Positions 36,274 through 45,603 of a stretch of DNA of 64,000 bases are shown piece by piece. Below the pieces are notes generated by a model, which was given only the letters and a program-made list of their open reading frames with translations, had not been told where the DNA came from and did not search any database. Each line of letters starts with the position of its first letter. Position 1 is the stretch's first letter. The stretch lies in contig CAMTWI010000003.1 of assembly GCA_947085505.1 (NCBI GenBank), forward strand, positions 7,319 to 71,318. Reading direction: 5' to 3'. Position numbers and translations under genes: made by a program. Source of the stretch: an uncultured bacterium (lineage in GTDB: Bacteria > Patescibacteriota > Minisyncoccia > Phycocordibacterales > Phycocordibacteraceae).

Positions 36274-37953
36274 GTGTCGCGGTCTTTTCTATACACGCAC
36301 ACACCTCTTCATGCTGCGCGGCCCGGGTATAATCAAAAGAACACCATGCCACCACTCAACGATCCAAAGAAGGAGCCCGCGGCAACTCCCACTCCTGCTG
36401 AAACTGCAGCTAACATCACCGTTGCGCTCGAGGACCGTTCAAAATATATACGCACCATGGCCAAAGACATGGCAACGATTTCTGGAAATCCGTCCGTGCA
36501 GGCTCCAGCAAAGAAAACATCCATAAAAGAAGAGACCGTTGCTGGCGTCACCCTCGCAACTGAAGAGCGTCCATTCTTTGAGAAGCCGCAATCAAGAGAA
36601 GAGCGTGTGGCAGGTGAACCAATTGCACTCCCGACCATGCAGGAGGCGGACACCGTTGTAGAGGCCGCGCCGAATCCAGTTGAAGTGCGTGCTGCAGAGC
36701 GTGCGGCTGTCCTCGAGCGCCTTCGCCAGAAGGTGGGGGAGAGTGCACAGATGTCTATCCAAGATTCTCCTGCACCCGAAGTGCCAGGTCCTGTTGAGGC
36801 ACCAAGAGAGAAGTCGTGGCCAGATATTCCCGCACCTGATTTTTCAGTACCCCCGCCAGCGCCACTTCCTATTCCCGAGACTCCGAAGTCTGAGTGGTCT
36901 AACATCCCGGCACCTGCGCCACAGTTTGCACCGCTTACAGAACCCGTGCCTTCAAGACTTCCTCCGGTAGGGAAGGAGTCGTATCGTGAACCTATTGAAG
37001 AAGCGGTGCCAGCGCGTCCACTTGCACCTAGTGGCCCTGACGTTATGCATACGTACTCGAGCGATTTCTCAGATCGTATCGACACGAAGGACGCTTCCAC
37101 GTTCTCGGTACTTGCCGCAGAGCAGGACTCAGAGACTAAAACCGCCGCGGTGCTCTCTTCACCAAAGAAGAGTCCCGCTAAAGCAATTGTTGCGGTAGCG
37201 ACTGGGATCCTGCTTCTCGCACTCGCGGGCGGCGGCGTCTTCGCTACCTATCAGTTTGTTATGACCATGCGCGACACGCCGATCGCATCGCTTACCGTTC
37301 CATCGATTGTCTTTGCAGACGAATACCGTGAACTCTCTGGCACCGGGAACGCGCTTATGAGTGCGTTTGCGTCTACGGCAAACGGCACGCTTGTTCCCGG
37401 CAACGTTCTTGTCACATATATCCTTACGGACGCAAGCGGGGAAGACGGAACAATTCTTAGAAGTCCGGCTGGTGGCGCTGCGTTTATTCGAGCACTCCAG
37501 GTTCCTGCGCCTGACATACTTCTTCGAAACATCGCAGGAATGAGCACGACCGGGGTAATAAATGCAGGAGGGAATACGACGCCATTCTTCGCGCTCCGAG
37601 TCGATTCGTATGAGCGAACCTACGCTGGCATCCTCACGTGGGAGCCACTCATGCATCGGGACCTCGGACTTTTGTACCCACTCTATAGGATAGAGAGTGC
37701 TCCGACCGAAGAGACTGTGGCGACAAGTACCACAGGCGCAACAACAACGACAGCGATTCCTGTACTTGCAGCCGAAGCAGCCGCCCGTACTCGATTTGAA
37801 GACGCAATTGTTGCCAACCATGATGTGCGCATCCTGAGAGATACCGAAGGGCGTTCCCTAATCCTCTACGGCTACGCAAACAAGCGAACACTCTTAGTTG
37901 TCCGAGACGAAGCTGCTTTTGAAGCACTCCTTGCTCGCCTGAAGACTGAATAG
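36274..37953 (+). CDS. proline-rich membrane protein (N-terminal P/A/E-rich region, single TM near residue 300, C-terminal ectodomain)
   Basis: Low-complexity PAP/PEP repeats. TM helix AIVAVATGILLLALAGGGVFA. No known motif. The start is uncertain. Confidence 0.35.
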   Translation: MSRSFLYTHTPLHAARPGYNQKNTMPPLNDPKKEPAATPTPAETAANITVALEDRSKYIRTMAKDMATISGNPSVQAPAKKTSIKEETVAGVTLATEERPFFEKPQSREERVAGEPIALPTMQEADTVVEAAPNPVEVRAAERAAVLERLRQKVGESAQMSIQDSPAPEVPGPVEAPREKSWPDIPAPDFSVPPPAPLPIPETPKSEWSNIPAPAPQFAPLTEPVPSRLPPVGKESYREPIEEAVPARPLAPSGPDVMHTYSSDFSDRIDTKDASTFSVLAAEQDSETKTAAVLSSPKKSPAKAIVAVATGILLLALAGGGVFATYQFVMTMRDTPIASLTVPSIVFADEYRELSGTGNALMSAFASTANGTLVPGNVLVTYILTDASGEDGTILRSPAGGAAFIRALQVPAPDILLRNIAGMSTTGVINAGGNTTPFFALRVDSYERTYAGILTWEPLMHRDLGLLYPLYRIESAPTEETVATSTTGATTTTAIPVLAAEAAARTRFEDAIVANHDVRILRDTEGRSLILYGYANKRTLLVVRDEAAFEALLARLKTE

Positions 37954-37983
37954 AGTGGAGATTTTCATGGTACAGTAGCGGCC

Positions 37984-38337
37984 ATGAACATCGAACAATT
38001 CCGCGCACGTTTAACCGAAGAGAAAGCAGCACTTGAAGCAGAACTTGCCACCGTTGGCCGAAAGAACCCGAGCAACCCAAACGACTGGGAGGCCACACCT
38101 GAAGAGACCGGTCTTGAAGCAGATCCAAACGATCGTGCAGACCAAATGGAGGAGTTCGGCAACAATGCCGCCATCCTTACAGACCTCGAGCATCGTTATA
38201 ACGACGTAGTCGCAGCGCTCGCTCGCATCGAGGACGGTACATACGGTATTTGCACCGTGTCTGGAGAGCCGATAGAAGAGGACCGTCTTGAGGCAGACCC
38301 GGCCGCTCCCACAAACAAAGCACACATGAACGGCTAA
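37984..38337 (+). CDS. DksA/TraR-family-like protein (general stress protein 16O-like) with degenerate zinc finger
   Basis: Coiled-coil N-terminus (FRARLTEEKAALEAEL). C-terminal YGICTVSGEPIEEDRLEA resembles the TraR/DksA finger but contains only one Cys. Confidence 0.45.
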   Translation: MNIEQFRARLTEEKAALEAELATVGRKNPSNPNDWEATPEETGLEADPNDRADQMEEFGNNAAILTDLEHRYNDVVAALARIEDGTYGICTVSGEPIEEDRLEADPAAPTNKAHMNG

Positions 38338-38339
38338 CT

Positions 38340-39014
38340 ATGAATACTTTTTCTGTTAAGGAGGCGCTTACCCACGGGTGGAATACCTTTAAGTCCCGAC
38401 CATGGATATTCGTACAGGCAGGAATTCTTTTATTCCTTATCAACGTCGCCGTAAATCTCGTGCAAACCCTAGTTGAGGAGGCCGCCAAGTTGAATGGAGA
38501 CATGGCAGCACTCATGCTTGGGCTTGTGTCTATGGCACTTGGTATTGGTGTGTCCTTTCTCATTAGCATGGGAGAGACCGCCTTCTTCCTACGCGCGCAT
38601 GACAAGCCGGAAGACGTATCCCTTAGGGACCTCTGGCATCCACATCCATTCTGGAAGTTCCTCGGCACAAGTCTGCTTGCAGGCCTCATGATCCTTGGAG
38701 GCCTTATCCTGCTTATTGTTCCCGGCATCATCGTTGGCCTCATGCTTGCGTTCGTCGGCTACATTGTCATTGAGGAAAACCTCGGCCCAATTGATGCAAT
38801 CAAGCGCAGTGTGGCGCTCACCAAGGGAAACCGCTGGAAGCTCTTTCAGCTTTCACTCTCGCTCGTTGTTCTAAACATTCTCGGGTTGCTTGCGCTTCTC
38901 GTTGGTCTCTTCGTTACCATTCCTATCTCCTTCATCGCTATGGTATATGCATACCAAGCCCTGAAAGGGCGGGTGATTGAAGACGTAGTTACGGTCGAGT
39001 CAGTAGTAGCGTAA
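38340..39014 (+). CDS. polytopic membrane protein of unknown function (co-operonic with DksA-like gene)
   Basis: 4-6 predicted TM helices. Its start overlaps the upstream stop. A bidirectional terminator follows. Confidence 0.45.
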   Translation: MNTFSVKEALTHGWNTFKSRPWIFVQAGILLFLINVAVNLVQTLVEEAAKLNGDMAALMLGLVSMALGIGVSFLISMGETAFFLRAHDKPEDVSLRDLWHPHPFWKFLGTSLLAGLMILGGLILLIVPGIIVGLMLAFVGYIVIEENLGPIDAIKRSVALTKGNRWKLFQLSLSLVVLNILGLLALLVGLFVTIPISFIAMVYAYQALKGRVIEDVVTVESVVA

Positions 39015-39022
39015 GGAACACA

Positions 39023-39059
39023 AAAAGAAAACCCCGGACAAGTTCCGGGGTTTTCTTTT
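39023..39059. terminator. bidirectional hairpin terminator
   Basis: AAAAGAAAACCCCGGACAAGTTCCGGGGTTTTCTTTT. Confidence 0.7.
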
Positions 39060-39068
39060 ATCTGTAGT

Positions 39069-40094
39069 CTAGGAACCGAATGGATTCTTCGCGCCACGAA
39101 CCTCGAAGTGGAGGTGGTAGCCAGTAGACTGTCCGGTGTTTCCAACCGTACCAATGTTTTGGCCACGGGAGACTGTCTCACCAACCGATACAGCATTTGT
39201 GCTCATGTGCGAGTAAAGGGTCTGTACGCCGTTTCCGTGATCAATAACCACGTAGTTGCCGTATCCGCCGTTCCATCCACCAACACGCGAGACAATGACA
39301 GTACCGCCAGCAGCAGCATTAACCGCGGAGCCCTGCGGCGCTGCAAGGTCAACACCGTTCCAGCCGTGGATACCCTGGGACACGCGACCGGACGGGGCAG
39401 GGTTTGCAAAGCCGCCCGATATCGCGCCTGAGTTGTTTCCGGTACCGAGCACGGAACCAAGACTGCCTCCGGTCTTAATGTTTGACGTGGCCTTTGCAAC
39501 TGACTTCTTTGCAGGAGCCTTAACTTCAGCAATCTCGCCACCAGGGATGATAACGGTGTCGCCGGCAGTAAGGGAGCCCGCACGAGAAAGGCCATTATAG
39601 GAAGCAATCTCGTCAGCGTCAGAGTTGTAGCGCTTTGCGAGGGTCGCGAGAGTGTCGCCCGACACTACTTGGTGACGGATACCGGACACCGGAAGGATAA
39701 CAAGGGTCATGCCTGGGCGTACGGCACCCTTATTGGAGAGGTTATTTGCCCAAAGGATCGTATTCATCGATACGTCGAACATGTCTGCGATCTCCGAGAG
39801 GGAGTCTCCCTCACGAACGGTATACGTAGAGATGCGACCAGAGGAGGTGGTGCGGTCAATGTCTGCAATAGTACCGTCTGGGCCCGTGTAGGCGATAAGC
39901 GCCGACCCGCCAGTTGTTGCGATGCCACCACGGCCCTTGGCAGGATTTGGGTCAGGGTTAACGGCTGCCTGAAGCAGATCAAGGCTGCTGTCATGGACCA
40001 TGGGTACGGTCGAAGTACCGTCCGATGCTCTCGTAACAGAAAAAGGCCAAAACGCGCCGGCGGCACGTGGCGTGAACATGATTCCTATCCCCAA
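39069..40094 (-). CDS. peptidoglycan DD-metalloendopeptidase: 2x LysM plus M23 peptidase domain
   Basis: Two LysM repeats, YTVREGDSLSEIA and HQVVSGDTLATLAKRY. M23 motifs HGWNGVDLAA, GNYVVIDHGNG and GYHLHFEVR are all present. Confidence 0.8.
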   Translation of the reverse strand: MGIGIMFTPRAAGAFWPFSVTRASDGTSTVPMVHDSSLDLLQAAVNPDPNPAKGRGGIATTGGSALIAYTGPDGTIADIDRTTSSGRISTYTVREGDSLSEIADMFDVSMNTILWANNLSNKGAVRPGMTLVILPVSGIRHQVVSGDTLATLAKRYNSDADEIASYNGLSRAGSLTAGDTVIIPGGEIAEVKAPAKKSVAKATSNIKTGGSLGSVLGTGNNSGAISGGFANPAPSGRVSQGIHGWNGVDLAAPQGSAVNAAAGGTVIVSRVGGWNGGYGNYVVIDHGNGVQTLYSHMSTNAVSVGETVSRGQNIGTVGNTGQSTGYHLHFEVRGAKNPFGS

Positions 40095-40363
40095 AAGGAG
40101 GCTTACGGCGATTAGAGCGCCAGGAATCCAGTATGTGTTAAGGTCTGCAGCCTGTGCTGTGGGACCGAAAGGTTTGTTGGGTTCAATTATAGGGGAAACA
40201 GGGGATTTTCAGCGTTTCTTCAGAATACAAAAATGGCTTAGGTAGGCCATCTCTTGCGTATCAGACAATCGTTCGATGAAGGTAGTATAAACGCTCCTGA
40301 GGTGGGGTCAACCCACTAAAAAAGAGGGTGTTGAAAGCCGATTTCGGGTATAGTTGAGGGAGC

Positions 40364-42271
40364 ATGCAGCACCTCGAAGGCTTAAACGACGCGCAACGGG
40401 AAGCCGTCCTAGCCACCGAGGGTCCGGTCTCGGTCTTGGCCGGTGCCGGATCAGGCAAAACCCGGGTTCTGACCACCCGTATCTATCATCTTATAAAGGA
40501 AGGGGTCCCTGCCGAACGCATCCTCGCTGTTACCTTCACCAACAAGGCCGCCCGCGAGATGCGCGAACGCCTCGCACACCGCCTCGGAGACAGCCCGCTC
40601 CCGTTTGTGGCTACGTTCCATGGTCTTGGGCGAGACATTCTCCAGCGATACGGCAATCGCATCGGCATCTCGCGCTATTTCACGATATTTGACCGGGATG
40701 ACTCGAAGTCCGCCATACGAAAGGTCCTGAAGGACATGGATATCGATCCGAAGGAGATGAATCCAAACTTCGTCCTGTCTCGTATCTCAAAAGAGAAGGG
40801 GGAGGGCTCAACGCCTGAAGCATTCCGAGAGAAATACGCACAGAAGAGCTTCCAATCTCGTGTTATCGCTGAAGTGTGGCCCAAGTACGAGTCGATACTC
40901 AAGAAAGAGAAGGCGCTCGACTTCGATGATCTTATTTGTTTACCCGTGCGTCTTCTTCGCGAGCATGAAGACATCCGCAAAGAAGCGGAGCAACTCTATA
41001 GCCATGTGCATGTGGACGAGTTTCAGGACACGAACGAACTGCAAGGGAAGCTCGCAGGATATCTTTCGGCCGTCCACAACAACTTATTTGTTGTGGGGGA
41101 TATCGATCAGACCATTTACACGTGGCGTGGCGCTACTATCGAAAACCTCCTCAAGTTCGAAGAGCAGTATGCAAACGCAAAGACCATCGTGCTTGCGCAT
41201 AACTATCGCTCAACAAAAACAATCGTTGCTGCAGGAAACCAAATAATTGAGAAGAATCAGAACCGTAAGGACAAGCATGCCGTAACGGATAACCCGGACG
41301 GGGAACCGATACGCCTGCATATCGCACGTAACGCGGAGAGTGAGGCTCGGTGGGTAGCGCGCGAGGCGAAGAAAACAATACGTGAAGGTGTTCCTCCTGA
41401 AGAAATCGCTGTCCTGTTTCGTACAAACTTCCAATCCCGTGCTCTTGAAGAAGCATTTCTGTCGGAAGGTCTCCCATACAAGGTCTTGGGTACACGCTTC
41501 CTCGATCGCAAGGAAGTCAAAGACGTGCTCGCATGGGTCAGGCTCGCGCTTGATCCTGAACGAGAAGTTGATCGCGTTCGTGCCGTGCAGGCACCTACCC
41601 GCGGCATAGGGAAGGTAACCCTCGGCAAGCTTATCGACGGGAAGCGTGACACCTTGAAGCCCGCAGAAGTTAAGAAAGTAGCCGCGTTCGAGAGTATTGT
41701 TATGGAATTGAACGAGCTTTCAAAGATTGCGGTGCCGAGCGAGTTCGTAAAGCTCGTGATTGAACGCTCCGGACTTGCGGAGACACTCCGGAAGGGCGGG
41801 GAAGAGGATGCAGAACGTCTTGAGAACGCGAAAGAACTCGCTACCTTAGCCAGCAGGTTTGACGGCATCCCAGGAGAAGAGGGGATTGCATCGTTTCTGG
41901 CTGAGTCTGCGTTAGCGGGAGATCAGGACGAGCTCGACGCGCCGGGGACAACCGGCATCACCCTCATGACGGTTCATGCCGCGAAGGGTCTTGAGTTCGA
42001 TACGGTTTTTGTAACCGGCATGGAACAAGGGCTCTTCCCGCATGAGGCCCGCGAAGGAGAGCAGCGAGATGAGGAAGAGGAGCGCCGGCTATTCTATGTA
42101 GCGGTTACGCGCGCAAAGCGAAAGCTTAACTTAACGCTCGCGACTGTTCGCCGTATCTACGGCACCGATTTCGCGTCGGAACCTTCGATGTTTATCCGCG
42201 ACATCGACGAAGGACTTATCACCTTCTCAGAAGGGGACGAACTCTACGGAGAGCGTACGATATACATCTAG
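40364..42271 (+). CDS. ATP-dependent DNA helicase, UvrD/PcrA family (SF1)
   Basis: Walker A AGAGSGKTRVLT, motif II DEFQDTN, motif VI VAVTRAK, and C-terminal TVHAAKGLEFD. Confidence 0.85.
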   Translation: MQHLEGLNDAQREAVLATEGPVSVLAGAGSGKTRVLTTRIYHLIKEGVPAERILAVTFTNKAAREMRERLAHRLGDSPLPFVATFHGLGRDILQRYGNRIGISRYFTIFDRDDSKSAIRKVLKDMDIDPKEMNPNFVLSRISKEKGEGSTPEAFREKYAQKSFQSRVIAEVWPKYESILKKEKALDFDDLICLPVRLLREHEDIRKEAEQLYSHVHVDEFQDTNELQGKLAGYLSAVHNNLFVVGDIDQTIYTWRGATIENLLKFEEQYANAKTIVLAHNYRSTKTIVAAGNQIIEKNQNRKDKHAVTDNPDGEPIRLHIARNAESEARWVAREAKKTIREGVPPEEIAVLFRTNFQSRALEEAFLSEGLPYKVLGTRFLDRKEVKDVLAWVRLALDPEREVDRVRAVQAPTRGIGKVTLGKLIDGKRDTLKPAEVKKVAAFESIVMELNELSKIAVPSEFVKLVIERSGLAETLRKGGEEDAERLENAKELATLASRFDGIPGEEGIASFLAESALAGDQDELDAPGTTGITLMTVHAAKGLEFDTVFVTGMEQGLFPHEAREGEQRDEEEERRLFYVAVTRAKRKLNLTLATVRRIYGTDFASEPSMFIRDIDEGLITFSEGDELYGERTIYI

Positions 42272-42272
42272 T

Positions 42273-43055
42273 ATGCTCGCCAAGAAATCCCTCGGACAGA
42301 ACTTCCTCATGCATCGGCAGACAGCCGAACGTATCGTTGGTGCCGCACTCCTTCCGGAGGCAGCAAAGGTACTAGAAATTGGTCCCGGGACTGGGATGCT
42401 GACACGCGAGCTACTCAATGCCGGCATGCGTGTTATTGCCATTGAGGCCGACTATTCACTCATCCCAGAGCTCGAATCGACATTCGCGAACGAAGTAGAG
42501 GAGGGAACACTCACGCTTGAGAGCGCGGACATACGAAATTTTGATACCACCACCATCAAAGGTGCATACCATTTGGTTGCGAACATTCCGTACTACATAA
42601 CCGGCGAGATCATCCGGCAGTTCCTCACCGCTCCGAATCAGCCCGCATCTATGACGCTTCTCGTTCAAAAAGAGGTGGCGGTCCGTATCGCCCGCGAGAA
42701 GAAAGAAAGCCTTTTATCGCTGTCCGTAAAGGTATATGGACAGCCAAACTATTGCTTTACTGTGCCTCGTGGCGCCTTCAAGCCAGCGCCGAACGTTGAT
42801 TCGGCCGTCCTGCGCATTGGAAATATTAGTCGCACTGGATTTGCTGATGCTGCCGGGGAAGAGCGGTTCTTCGAGGTTATCCGCGCCGGATTCGCACACA
42901 AGCGAAAGCGTCTTGCGAAGAATCTCGAAGAGAAGTTCTCAAAGGAGATGGTTACGCACGCATTTAGTGTCGCCGCACTCGACGCAAATGTGCGCGCAGA
43001 AGACATCTCGCTTGAGACCTGGAAAGTGCTTACGAGAGAGCTGAAGTCTTCATAA
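42273..43055 (+). CDS. rsmA: 16S rRNA (adenine1518/1519-N6)-dimethyltransferase
   Basis: N-terminus SLGQNFLMH, SAM motif LEIGPGTGMLT, and conserved NIPY. Length 260 aa. Confidence 0.85.
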   Translation: MLAKKSLGQNFLMHRQTAERIVGAALLPEAAKVLEIGPGTGMLTRELLNAGMRVIAIEADYSLIPELESTFANEVEEGTLTLESADIRNFDTTTIKGAYHLVANIPYYITGEIIRQFLTAPNQPASMTLLVQKEVAVRIAREKKESLLSLSVKVYGQPNYCFTVPRGAFKPAPNVDSAVLRIGNISRTGFADAAGEERFFEVIRAGFAHKRKRLAKNLEEKFSKEMVTHAFSVAALDANVRAEDISLETWKVLTRELKSS

Positions 43056-43138
43056 AACCTCGTGTACTAATGCACACATACCTCTATAGGTAGATGAAGG
43101 GGAGATGAGCCTGCGTGCTATTATTTTGGTACTGAATT

Positions 43139-44143
43139 ATGGCTCATTCTACCCGTACACTCCGCATCGCTGCCGCTTCGTTACTAGCCGTTCTCATGGT
43201 GGGAGGTACCTATCTCTCGACCGGACCAAACCCCTTCTTCGGCCTAACACGCATCGTTGGTGCGCAGTCTTCTGAAGAACTCCTGCGCGAATATGCTGCA
43301 AAGGATAGCGACAGTGACGGGCTACCTGATTGGCAGGAAGCGCTGTACGGGACTGATCCCTTTAACCCCGAGTCGTTTAGGGTAGGTATTCTTGATGGGG
43401 AAGCGGTTGCACAGGGACTTATTGAGCCGAGAGTTACCGTGCGCGCCGAAAAAGAACCCACCGACCCAAACTCTATCCCCGGCACTGCAGGTGCTCCATC
43501 CTCTCTCACCGACCGTTTCGCTCAAACACTCCTCAAACAGTATCTTTTGAATCGTACCGGCACCCCTCCGAGCCAGGAGGAGATTGTTGCATTTGTGCAG
43601 AAAGGGGTTGCGGAGCTTTCTGCAAGTGCTGTCGAGAGAGACCGTTACACGCTTAGTGATGTTCGTGTTTCGGGAGACTCGGGAAGCGCAGCTCTTATTG
43701 CATACGCAGCGGAGGCGGAGGCGGCTATTGCAGCAAACACCGTTTCGAGCTCCATAAGTGCGCGCAACGAGCTTTCCTACTTCCAGGATGCAATACGAGG
43801 AGACGATGCTGCGCTAGCGAAGGTTTCTGCCTACAGCAAGGCCTACGCGGCAATGGGTGACGCCCTTATTCGCCTCCCGGTGCCACAAGAAGTACGTCAG
43901 TCGCATCTCACCATCGTTAACGCAACCATGCACCTAAGTAGCATGACCGCTGATATGGCAACACTTAAAGAAGATCCACTTCGAGCACTCATGGGCATCG
44001 GTCTGTATGGGAAACATGCAACGAGTATGAAGTCTGGATTTGCGAACCTAAACGGCGTGTTTAGGGCGAGACAGGTTTCCTTAACTAAAGGACAGCCTGG
44101 ATACGAGATCTTTAACACAAGCGAGTTAGCTGCTGCCCAGTAA
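43139..44143 (+). CDS. membrane-anchored protein of unknown function, first gene of T4SS-like operon
   Basis: N-terminal TM. DSDSDGLPDW is a Ca-binding-like DxDxDG motif. The rest is mostly alpha-helical. Confidence 0.4.
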   Translation: MAHSTRTLRIAAASLLAVLMVGGTYLSTGPNPFFGLTRIVGAQSSEELLREYAAKDSDSDGLPDWQEALYGTDPFNPESFRVGILDGEAVAQGLIEPRVTVRAEKEPTDPNSIPGTAGAPSSLTDRFAQTLLKQYLLNRTGTPPSQEEIVAFVQKGVAELSASAVERDRYTLSDVRVSGDSGSAALIAYAAEAEAAIAANTVSSSISARNELSYFQDAIRGDDAALAKVSAYSKAYAAMGDALIRLPVPQEVRQSHLTIVNATMHLSSMTADMATLKEDPLRALMGIGLYGKHATSMKSGFANLNGVFRARQVSLTKGQPGYEIFNTSELAAAQ

Positions 44144-44144
44144 C

Positions 44145-45599
44145 ATGACAACCTTCCGAAATAAAGCTCCCCTGGCAACCCTGCTTCTCGGAAGCCTGCT
44201 TCTGGTTTCGTGTGTCGTCGCAGCTCCGCAGACGGCACGCGCCGCTGACTACGATAGTCCTCTCCAGGTATTTAACTCGCTCGTAACGTCGCTTAGTACC
44301 GCAGCAGATAGAACGCTCAACTACATACTAAACGGACTTGCATGGGATTTGGCAAACCTTGCCATTGAATCCATGACCAAGAGTACGGTTAACTGGATTA
44401 ATTCTGGATTCCAGGGGTCTCCAGCATTCGTTACGGATCTCAGACAGAATATGCGTGGTGTTGCTGACACGATTGCGGGCCGCTTCTTTGACGAACTTAG
44501 TGAGACAAATTTTGGAAGGTCTCCATTCCAGGATCGCGTACTTGACGCAGTCCGTCTTGGGTATTATCTGCGCACAAGTCCAGAATCGTTTTATGTCCGC
44601 TATCCATATACGTTAAACCAGGTTAGTGCAGACGACCGTGCCTTCCTTCGTGGGGATTTCAGCCAGGGAGGTTTCAATGCATGGTTTGCAACCGTGATGT
44701 ACCCAGAGAACAATCCGTACGGAATGAACATCCTTCTGAACGAACAGCTTGAAAACAGGATTGGAAGCGGTCTTTCCATCCGTAGCCAGGAACTCGACTG
44801 GAGCAGGGGCTTTCTGTCGTGGAGGGGGGACTGCATTGCCACCGCACCGAATTCTGGAGCAAACAACACCCCAGTTAATCTCACGAATGAAGAACCGTGT
44901 ATAGATTACGAAGTCCTCACGCCAGGATCTGTCATACAAGAGGGACTTAACAAAGCACTCGGCGCTGGCCAAGATCGTCTTGTTGTTGCAGATGACTTCA
45001 ATGAGATCATCAGCGCGCTTTTGAATCAGCTTGTGGGCCAGGTGCTCGGAGGGAACAGTTCGGGCGGACTTCGAGGAGTATCTCGTCCAGCAACCGGAGG
45101 AGGATCCTCGTTCCTTGATCGATCCACTGATCCAACACTCAACCCTGGAAACAGCGCGAACACTGGTACCGCGTTCGCTGCAACCATTGCAGAACAGCGT
45201 TCGATTCTTGAGAGACACCAGGCTAGCTGGGAGAGGATTAGGGGTGCAGCACAAGCGGCACTCTCACGCTGCGGACCTGGTGGAGAACCGAACCCGGAGG
45301 TCGTTGTCACCCGTGCACAAGACGCACTTGTTAAGGCAGCGAACGGCATCGCAGCGTACCGCGATCTTGAGGAGCGCATCGCTGCCACTATAGCTGCTGG
45401 TGGGAACCAGACCGCTGCCATAACGCAGATTGTGAACGACTTCACAGCGCTTGGTCGCTCTGCAATGGTTCCAACAAGCGAAGAGATAGCGGAGGCGCAG
45501 ATTCAGGCGCAGGATACAGGGGACATTCGACCGGGATCGCTCTATAGCCAGATGAGTCGCCAGGCTGCAGGCAGTTGCCTTGCCGGCTCGTCTGAATAA
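44145..45599 (+). CDS. secreted protein of unknown function (signal peptide) in T4SS-like operon
   Basis: Signal peptide ...SCVVAAPQTARA. 484 aa. No recognisable catalytic motif. Confidence 0.4.
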   Translation: MTTFRNKAPLATLLLGSLLLVSCVVAAPQTARAADYDSPLQVFNSLVTSLSTAADRTLNYILNGLAWDLANLAIESMTKSTVNWINSGFQGSPAFVTDLRQNMRGVADTIAGRFFDELSETNFGRSPFQDRVLDAVRLGYYLRTSPESFYVRYPYTLNQVSADDRAFLRGDFSQGGFNAWFATVMYPENNPYGMNILLNEQLENRIGSGLSIRSQELDWSRGFLSWRGDCIATAPNSGANNTPVNLTNEEPCIDYEVLTPGSVIQEGLNKALGAGQDRLVVADDFNEIISALLNQLVGQVLGGNSSGGLRGVSRPATGGGSSFLDRSTDPTLNPGNSANTGTAFAATIAEQRSILERHQASWERIRGAAQAALSRCGPGGEPNPEVVVTRAQDALVKAANGIAAYRDLEERIAATIAAGGNQTAAITQIVNDFTALGRSAMVPTSEEIAEAQIQAQDTGDIRPGSLYSQMSRQAAGSCLAGSSE

Positions 45600-45603
45600 T
45601 TAT

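Noticed and set aside
36333-37100. 255-aa minus-strand ORF within the proline-rich gene
   Set aside because: It is a mirror-image artefact of the GC-rich Pro/Ala codon repeats.
41257-41868. 203-aa minus-strand ORF inside the uvrD/pcrA helicase gene
   Set aside because: It is antisense to a gene with all helicase motifs in order.
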